In this document: positions 57,387-64,000 of the stretch, one piece after another
How positions within the stretch are numbered: the first letter of the stretch is position 1
Layout of the letters: each line of letters starts with the position of its first letter
DNA from: Candidatus Cloacimonadales bacterium
GTDB taxonomy: Bacteria; Cloacimonadota; Cloacimonadia; Cloacimonadales; JAIOQZ01
Assembly: GCA_963674825.1 (NCBI GenBank)
Contig: OY771587.1
Location: forward strand, 2,048,001-2,112,000
Length of the DNA stretch: 64,000 bases
Reading direction: 5' to 3'
Translations under genes and position numbers: made by a program
Notes under the pieces: model-generated
What the model was told of the DNA's origin: nothing
Database searches by the model: none
The model's input: the letters and a program-made list of their open reading frames with translations, nothing else

Positions 57387-60300
57387 CTATTTTATCATCA
57401 TCATTTTCTTTACGAACGTTTTCTGCGACGTTTTCATACGATAGAAATAGATTCCGCTGGACGCTTGCTTGCCAAAGGAATCCTTCCCATTCCACACGAC
57501 TTCATGGAATCCGGCAGGCATGTTAGCACTGATCAACTGACGGACTTTTTGCCCCTTCAGATTATAGACCGCAATCTCGACCGGGCCGTCCTGGTTGAGC
57601 GAGTACTTGATCGTTGTCGTCGGGTTGAATGGATTGGGGAAATTCTGATCCATGGCTGTTGTTGCAGGAATTATTTCTTCCGCATCCATATCAAGACTCA
57701 CAAAATATACACCATTGTCATCGATATTGAGTTTGGTGCCTATCAACTTCATTGTATTCGGATCAAGAACTGCATAGCTTTGTATCAGCCTGCTTGGAGC
57801 TCGATCACCGTAGTACAGCGCAATCTCGATGTCATTTCCCGTCGTATCACTAAGTACATACGCGTTGATCTGAACAATGCTGTCGCGGACTACTGATGCA
57901 CCACGGCATTCTCCATTCAGGAACACAGCAACCTCATCAGGTATGCTACGTTCAGTATTATCAAGCTCAACATATAATGCGGCATAGTCGGCTTCCCTGT
58001 CAAAGGAATAATACTCAGTATTCCTAAAATCATCAATAGCTGGAATGATGTTGTCTCCACCCCAACGGAAATTGCATTCACGAACGCACTGGACTTTAAC
58101 CATTTCGCCGTAACACAGGACATTTCCATCTTCTCCGCAATTGCCAAACCAATACCCTGTCGGTCCCTTGTACATAGCCCATCGTTCTGTTCGGATCTGG
58201 GATATATCATCCAATACTGGGGCTAATGCGTCCAGCGCATCCATTTTCTCCTGAATGAAATAACCAATCCAGTTTTCTCTTGAAAGACCATTATCATTAG
58301 TCTCAAGATAAATTCGAGTATCAACGGGTGCCCGGAAACCTGATTTGGTTAGATTGTAAAAATCTTCGGCGTAATTGTCATCCATTGTAGCGATGTAACC
58401 TTGAGTGTATGATATTTCATGATCCCCATTAGTCCATGCATTGGATTCGCCTACTTCGATATAGTGATTTCCCTCTACGTCATACCACAGAATATTGTCC
58501 GTAACACGAAGCTGCCCATTGAACAAGTCCTCGAAGAAGTTTGACGCAACATTCTCTCCAGTTGTTCTTGTGTCGATTATTGGAAAACAAACCCATTCAT
58601 ACGGATCATCCTCACTCCATTCGAGTGTTTTAATCTCCCAATCATGTTCGTCGACAGGATAAACCCCCATGTCACTTGGCGTTCCATCTTCGTCTTTGAT
58701 CAAAGGATCTCCAGTATCTATGCAGGGGCTTTTTTGATTTTCATCCCAAATTAGGTGAAAATCGCTTTCAGTATCGACAAATAAAGGATCTTCATTGATG
58801 TTGCAATCTTCAGGATCTCCATATGGGTCACCGCCCGATAAATCAATATTGCAGTAAGCCACATCCGTCGAGGAATTGAAGTTATAGTCCCCGTTCTCGT
58901 AGAAGATTGAGTTCTTTATTGAATTGACCCGATTGCCGCCAGCGTCATATGAAAAGATCCTATCGTTATCTACGAAAACACAATTGATGATGTCAATATC
59001 GACAGAAGAAGAGATTACCCCTCGTATTGCTGCCTCGTTCCCTTGGAAGATCGAGTTTTCAATCGAGAATTTGCTGCGATAAGAGGCATTGAAATCAATT
59101 CCCGTTTCGCAGTTTTTGATGTTGCAGTCAATGAACACACCATGGCTTGTCTCGTTCACTTTTATGCTTCTTAGGAAGTCGGTCATCACACATCTTGACA
59201 ATACAACGTCTGAATTATCAACTGTAATGGCGTATTCACAATCATCATCTTCAGCACTAAATGTCAGGCCAACAAGAGATACTTCTGTATTTTGAAGATG
59301 GACCACTCGATCTTCGCTTTCTTCAGCTATCAAGATTGTTGTCTCGATCATACTCGGATCTCCCAGATCTAAATATCGACTTCCAATAGTCAGCTCCTTC
59401 TTTATTTGTGAATTAACAACATATGTTCCAGGTTGGATTAGTAGGGTATCAGCTGGATAGACGCTTGGATTATTGATTGCTTCCTGGAGCGTTGTTCCTA
59501 CAGGGAAGTCATTTGGGAAGATGTGCACATGGCCATAGAGACCTGTATCGGGCCCATAGGGAAAATGGTACATTCGTGAGACATCATTGAGTTTTCTAAA
59601 CGTTGCGTCATTATTTTTATAGAGCTTTCTGAGGTTCATAATAAAGTAGTACATGTCACTTCCACGCCTTCCTACTTGTGGTTCAGTGTTCCCGATATAT
59701 GTTCGAGTGAGATAGTCCCACAGCAATGGGAGATCAATGCTCAAATTATCGCTTGGTATATCACCCCATTGATTTTCCCAGTTACCACCTGGAGAATCAA
59801 TTACGCTATCATATAAATCCCATAAGAAATGATAGCAAGTGTTAACATATCTGATATTACTGCTGATTAGGAGGTTATACTCCGGATGCCTGAAGACGCT
59901 ATCAAGAAGATTGTCAACAGCATAGAATTCGAACAAGTAAATGGGAGATCTATATTTAAATTCACTACTATCACCATTGTAGGTAGCACACAGATTAAGG
60001 TAACGATATGACGGATTCCAACCATGAAAGGCATGTACATAATCATATTTTTCGGATCGATTTTCTGCCTTAACAAGCTGACAGAACCATTCAGCAATGG
60101 CTTCTGAGAAAGCACTGTTCGAATGATATTGATCAAAATGGGATTCCGGCTTTTGATACGGATCAGAGCAAACCCCTTCTTGCATGTTCCACTCAACTGG
60201 ATCCATATGGAAATAATGTCCCATCTCATGGAATAAAAGAAAGGAATCCCACTCAGCCCATTGTCTATCCATAAATGATTGGTATGGATGTAAGTCACCG

Positions 60301-61871
60301 TGTTGGCTTCTCAGGTGAATAGCGTCATATCCGCTTAGGCCTGTATTGGGGATCTTAGCATCGAGCATCTCTGACGAGCAATAGAAATTTTTAGGCTCGA
60401 TCGGCCAACCTTGATCAACATAGATTGCTAGTTTATCTCGAAGAGGGTTTAAGGTATTCATCATATTGAATACATGTTTGGCGCGATAGAATTCATGATA
60501 TACATGGTTTGCTGCGCAAAAGTTATGATCTTTGATTAAGACATGAAGTGGGCATTCTTCTTCGATTATTGCATGAGGATCATCCCAGCTTAAAGGGTTG
60601 ATCTGGATTGTTAGTTTTATGGTATAGGCTTCATTCCATGTTTGAGGAAATACTTCTGGATGATATAGCTTAATTCCTTGTTTTATTGTACTATAACATC
60701 TATCCTGACAATTAAATAGTAGGATATCGTCTTCATTGAATAACTCAACAGTTACCAAAGCACACCCGACGGACACATTGCCGAATGAAAAGAATCCATT
60801 ATTATACAGATTTGTGTCTGCGATATGTTGGTATTGATCAAAATTAGCATCATCTAGGCCATTCCCATCGACATCAAAATTGTATAGCTTAACAATTCCA
60901 ACAGCAGGAACGGTTTTCGAGTTACCAACATATCCAGGTTCGGATAAGAAGAATGCGCCGTCTCCTCCTTGGGCGAATGGGGAATGCTCTTCTACTTCGA
61001 TATATCCACATAGGGGGTAATGATTAATAATTTCGACATGATAGAAATCCTCATCATTGAAATATACGTACCCTTCATTCCCAATTGCTCCATTAACAAT
61101 CAGCTTTATACTATTACCTACTTGTGTGACTTCGCCTATGTGCACTCCGTTAATTCCATCAATATGAGGGTGATCAATTTCGACTCCTTCAGATGGGGTC
61201 AAATAGATGGTGTTGCCGGCTAATACACCCATTACTAAGCCACCAGGCCGATTTCTGAGCTTCATTGTTGGGACTTCAAGATTCACTTCCTGGAACTCGC
61301 CAAGCCCGGCTTTGTCATTCCATGCTCTATGGCCGATCCATGTTTTACTTTCAAGGATTGAAGTGTATTGATCATCCACATAATAACTGCTGCCATCCAG
61401 CAATGTTAGCTCGGAGGCTAGTGGATCTGACGCTTCAGATAAGCGATATATAGTTAGCATGAACATGAACCGATCATTTGCTTCGAGGAGCCTAAATTCG
61501 ATTGTGTTGGTATGTATAGACTTTCTATCCGAGATGATGTCATTCTTGTTCACATCGTTACGGACAATATTCCCATACATTTCTTTACCTAATAGGTAAT
61601 CTTCCAATTTTATCAAGTACTCCTTTCCGGGGATGTATTTCTCATTTTGTTTATCTATTGTGATACTGTAGTTGACGGTCACGATATCTCCGGTTTGATA
61701 GTTTCTGATGTCGGGAGAGACAGTGTATTCCACAACTAGTGGCGAGTATTGTAGCGTATCACAACCAGTAGGTTCACTCCATAGTTTTTTAGCAATTATC
61801 AGACTAAGTAGAATTGACAGGATAATCAAAATTGGCTTCATGTTTGAGTGTTTCATTGTGTCCTCCGTCAT
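57387..61871 (-). CDS. Type B secreted protein with putative zinc metalloprotease (HExxH) domain, beta-helix, conserved module, PNPFN CTD
   Basis: LFHEMGHYFH..AFSEAIAEWF; SPCIDTG..W.CFP..ENWIGYF..EADY; NFPNPFNPTT...KKMMMIK. Confidence 0.82.
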   Translation of the reverse strand: MTEDTMKHSNMKPILIILSILLSLIIAKKLWSEPTGCDTLQYSPLVVEYTVSPDIRNYQTGDIVTVNYSITIDKQNEKYIPGKEYLIKLEDYLLGKEMYGNIVRNDVNKNDIISDRKSIHTNTIEFRLLEANDRFMFMLTIYRLSEASDPLASELTLLDGSSYYVDDQYTSILESKTWIGHRAWNDKAGLGEFQEVNLEVPTMKLRNRPGGLVMGVLAGNTIYLTPSEGVEIDHPHIDGINGVHIGEVTQVGNSIKLIVNGAIGNEGYVYFNDEDFYHVEIINHYPLCGYIEVEEHSPFAQGGDGAFFLSEPGYVGNSKTVPAVGIVKLYNFDVDGNGLDDANFDQYQHIADTNLYNNGFFSFGNVSVGCALVTVELFNEDDILLFNCQDRCYSTIKQGIKLYHPEVFPQTWNEAYTIKLTIQINPLSWDDPHAIIEEECPLHVLIKDHNFCAANHVYHEFYRAKHVFNMMNTLNPLRDKLAIYVDQGWPIEPKNFYCSSEMLDAKIPNTGLSGYDAIHLRSQHGDLHPYQSFMDRQWAEWDSFLLFHEMGHYFHMDPVEWNMQEGVCSDPYQKPESHFDQYHSNSAFSEAIAEWFCQLVKAENRSEKYDYVHAFHGWNPSYRYLNLCATYNGDSSEFKYRSPIYLFEFYAVDNLLDSVFRHPEYNLLISSNIRYVNTCYHFLWDLYDSVIDSPGGNWENQWGDIPSDNLSIDLPLLWDYLTRTYIGNTEPQVGRRGSDMYYFIMNLRKLYKNNDATFRKLNDVSRMYHFPYGPDTGLYGHVHIFPNDFPVGTTLQEAINNPSVYPADTLLIQPGTYVVNSQIKKELTIGSRYLDLGDPSMIETTILIAEESEDRVVHLQNTEVSLVGLTFSAEDDDCEYAITVDNSDVVLSRCVMTDFLRSIKVNETSHGVFIDCNIKNCETGIDFNASYRSKFSIENSIFQGNEAAIRGVISSSVDIDIINCVFVDNDRIFSYDAGGNRVNSIKNSIFYENGDYNFNSSTDVAYCNIDLSGGDPYGDPEDCNINEDPLFVDTESDFHLIWDENQKSPCIDTGDPLIKDEDGTPSDMGVYPVDEHDWEIKTLEWSEDDPYEWVCFPIIDTRTTGENVASNFFEDLFNGQLRVTDNILWYDVEGNHYIEVGESNAWTNGDHEISYTQGYIATMDDNYAEDFYNLTKSGFRAPVDTRIYLETNDNGLSRENWIGYFIQEKMDALDALAPVLDDISQIRTERWAMYKGPTGYWFGNCGEDGNVLCYGEMVKVQCVRECNFRWGGDNIIPAIDDFRNTEYYSFDREADYAALYVELDNTERSIPDEVAVFLNGECRGASVVRDSIVQINAYVLSDTTGNDIEIALYYGDRAPSRLIQSYAVLDPNTMKLIGTKLNIDDNGVYFVSLDMDAEEIIPATTAMDQNFPNPFNPTTTIKYSLNQDGPVEIAVYNLKGQKVRQLISANMPAGFHEVVWNGKDSFGKQASSGIYFYRMKTSQKTFVKKMMMIK

Positions 61872-62123
61872 TTTAGTTCATTGTGTTGGTGAAAATTGTT
61901 GGATGCATGTCATCCTGGGATGCGTAGTATTGCTTGATCTGATATTAGTCTCAAGTCATAACACTAATAGCAAATTCTCGGTTTGCGACACTTTATACTA
62001 GGTTCCAATTCTCAGGTGGGGAGGTAAATCGATAAAAGCACTTACGCTGCCACCCTAATAAATCATTGCCATCCATTAAGTAAATCCCTAAATATTGTAT
62101 TTCGGAAGCCATACTGTTAACAA

Positions 62124-62152
62124 TTTATATTCAGTGGCGGAGATTATGTCAA
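62124..62152 (-). promoter_or_regulatory. Near-consensus sigma70 promoter for the four-gene cargo array
   Basis: Minus strand TTGACA-17bp-TATAAA. Confidence 0.7.
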
Positions 62153-62189
62153 GATAATTGTGGTGATCTGATGCGTGATGGGTTTCGTA

Positions 62190-63240
62190 AGAAGTGGTCT
62201 CGGAAATTCGGACTTGCGTCTAAGTGGAAATCTTGCTCCGATGGACCATAGAGAAGAGAAAGTATTTAAGGAGTAAGAGCATGAGAAGACCACGACGTAA
62301 TCACTCGGCGACATTCAAGGCAAAGGTGGCGCTGGCCGCGCTCAAAGGTGACCCGACGCTTGCCGAACTTGCAGAATAATTCGACGTTCATCCCAACCAG
62401 ATATCGGACTGGAAACAGCAGATGCTGGACAACGCTTCTCAGGTGTTCGGCGGTCCGCGTAAGGACAAAGACAACGAACCCGACGTGAAGGCGATGCAGG
62501 CCAAGATCGGCGAGCTGACCCTCGAGAATGATTTTTTAGAAAAGGCGCTCATCAAAGCGGGAAAACTGAGCGCAAAGCGATGATCGACCGCGATCACAAG
62601 CTGCTGGTAAGCCAGCAGTGCCGTGTGCTGAAGCTGTTTCGATCCAGCGTTTATTACCAGCCGCGACCGCTCTCAGAGCACATCCTGAGACTCATGCGAC
62701 GCATCGACGAGCTGCATTTGGAATACCCCTTCGCAGGCTCTAGGATGCTTTCTGAGATGTTGTTTAGGGACGGGTGGGAAATCGGGCGCCGCCGCGTCGG
62801 CACGCTGAAGAAGAAAATGGGCATCTCCGCGCTGTTTCGCAAGCCCAGCACCAGCAAATCGCATCCTGGCCACACGATTTGCCCCTATCTGCTGCGCGAT
62901 TTGGAGATCACCCGACCGAATCAGGTCTGGGCTGCCGATATCACGTATATCCCGATGAAGAAAGGATTTGTCTACCTGTTCGCTGTGATGGACTGGTACT
63001 CGCGCCGCGTACTCGCCTGGTAGCTTTCCAACACCCTGAGCGCCGATTTCTGTGTCGAGACGGTTGAGGAAGCGATGCAAATACATGGTTGTCCCGAGGT
63101 GTTCAACACGGATCAGGGAAGCCAATTTACGAGCGCTAAATTTACCGGATTGCTCAAGGAAAATCGCGTTTCGATCAGCATGGACGGCAAGGTTCCACTT
63201 ATACATGACGGATTTAGTCCAAATTTCCGGCGCCACTTCT
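62190..63240 (+). mobile_element. Defective IS3-family element (orfA 62281-62583, orfB from 62580)
   Basis: 25-bp imperfect terminal inverted repeats (AGAAGTGG..CGGAAATT.GGACT, 21/25); orfA HSATFKAKVALAA with TAA at 62377; orfB WAADITYIP, TAG at 63021, NTDQGSQFT, deletion after MDGK. Confidence 0.92.
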
Positions 63241-63311
63241 CTCTTCTGTATGGCAGATAGTTGGTACATTGGATAAAAAATATCGGGAAGTGCAATCTCC
63301 AAATATGATTT

Positions 63312-63341
63312 GAGGTTCAAATCCTCTCACCCCGACCATTT
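63312..63341 (+). repeat. attR, 30-bp direct repeat of the tRNA-Pro 3' end
   Basis: Identical to 47324-47353. Confidence 0.93.
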
Positions 63342-63411
63342 TTTCACTGGCAATATTGAAATTGTATAACTTGACAGGATTTCGCCGTTGGTAATTCTGT
63401 CTCAGCCTTGT

Positions 63412-63487
63412 GGGTGCTTAGCTCAGTTGGGAGAGCACCTGCCTTACAAGCAGGTGGTCGGCGGTTCAAGTCCGTTAGCACCCACCA
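63412..63487 (+). tRNA. tRNA-Val(TAC)
   Basis: GGGTGCT acceptor stem, CCTGC-CTTACAA-GCAGG anticodon arm, GGTTCAAGTCC, CCA end. Confidence 0.97.
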
Positions 63488-63865
63488 TTTTTTTGCCCAA
63501 AATCCGACTTCCCACTCTTCCAATCCGATAAAATCCCAACAAAATAGATAGAGCATAATCCATTTATCCAGTAACAAGATACGCATTTCATGGTGTACGC
63601 ACTCTACGGTTATTATAACATCTCCTGTTATGGATACAATCCATAAGAAAATGAATTGCAGCCGCTCCAACGATGCAACAAGAAGATTCTTCAGGATTGT
63701 TGTGAGTGACAAGCCGTAACCTTCTGATAAACATTCAGAAACACAACGCTTCAAGAAAGATCATTGCATGGCGTTCAGATATGATGTCTGCACGCTATAT
63801 TTTAATGCTTGACATAACTCCTTCTAAACATTTATGAAAGGATCACGATACCACTGGAGTTCTGA

Positions 63866-64000
63866 ATGACATTGTTTGAAACTGCAAGAAATGAAGTTGC
63901 TTCGCTGACAGGTCGCAAGCGCATGGTCAGTTTGTATTTACAAATCAATAAACAGCTGGAAGAACATGAAGAAGAGATGTTGAGGCTTGCCGAAACATTT
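63866..64000 (+). CDS. Partial hypothetical protein running off the window
   Basis: GGAG RBS, ATG 63866, open frame MTLFETARNEVASLTGRKRMVSLYLQINKQLEEH.. Confidence 0.45.
   Translation, partial: MTLFETARNEVASLTGRKRMVSLYLQINKQLEEHEEEMLRLAETF

Larger units (their letters stand above)
47324..63341. mobile_element. Genomic island integrated at tRNA-Pro (about 16 kb, no integrase visible)
   Basis: 30-bp att direct repeats, IS remnants, pseudogenes, AT-rich cargo. Confidence 0.88.

Noticed and set aside
48851..61871. Diversity-generating retroelement or integron explanation of the array
   Set aside because: No reverse transcriptase, no TR/VR pair with adenine-specific mismatches, and no IntI or attC-like sites seen in the window
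62377..63023. In-frame TAA/TAG in the transposase as stop-codon recoding
   Set aside because: Host genes end normally at TAA and TAG, and the element also has an internal deletion, so decay is the simpler explanation
63344..63754. 136-aa minus-strand ORF
   Set aside because: Runs antisense through tRNA-Val and has no recognisable motif

Overview
Bacterial chromosomal window. The lineage is inferred to be Cloacimonadota-like (FCB superphylum) from six large secreted proteins ending in the PNPFNPxT...KKMxLLK C-terminal sorting domain. 1-47 kb is backbone: dnaE, two GWxTD-domain genes, yraN, and a tightly coupled 8-gene envelope operon (beta-barrel, two TPR proteins, small secreted protein, ExbB/TolQ, two ExbD/TolR, GltG/AgmX-like) resembling the Agl-Glt core machinery. 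It continues with priA, a TetR-TolC-MFP-RND efflux operon, four surface-protein genes (one with a structured, c-di-GMP-I-like 5' leader), a eukaryote-type UDP-glucose pyrophosphorylase, an S1-domain protein and an MBOAT/SGNH pair. 47.3-63.3 kb is a genomic island integrated at tRNA-Pro(TGG) and bounded by 30-bp direct repeats. It has no visible integrase and is bracketed by two inverted IS3 remnants. It carries decayed defence-type genes and a tandem (B-REP-A)x2 array of secreted CTD proteins, one with a HExxH metalloprotease motif. tRNA-Val(TAC) follows. No CRISPR array, rRNA or reverse transcriptase was seen. All family calls come from motif recognition by eye, not from database searches.
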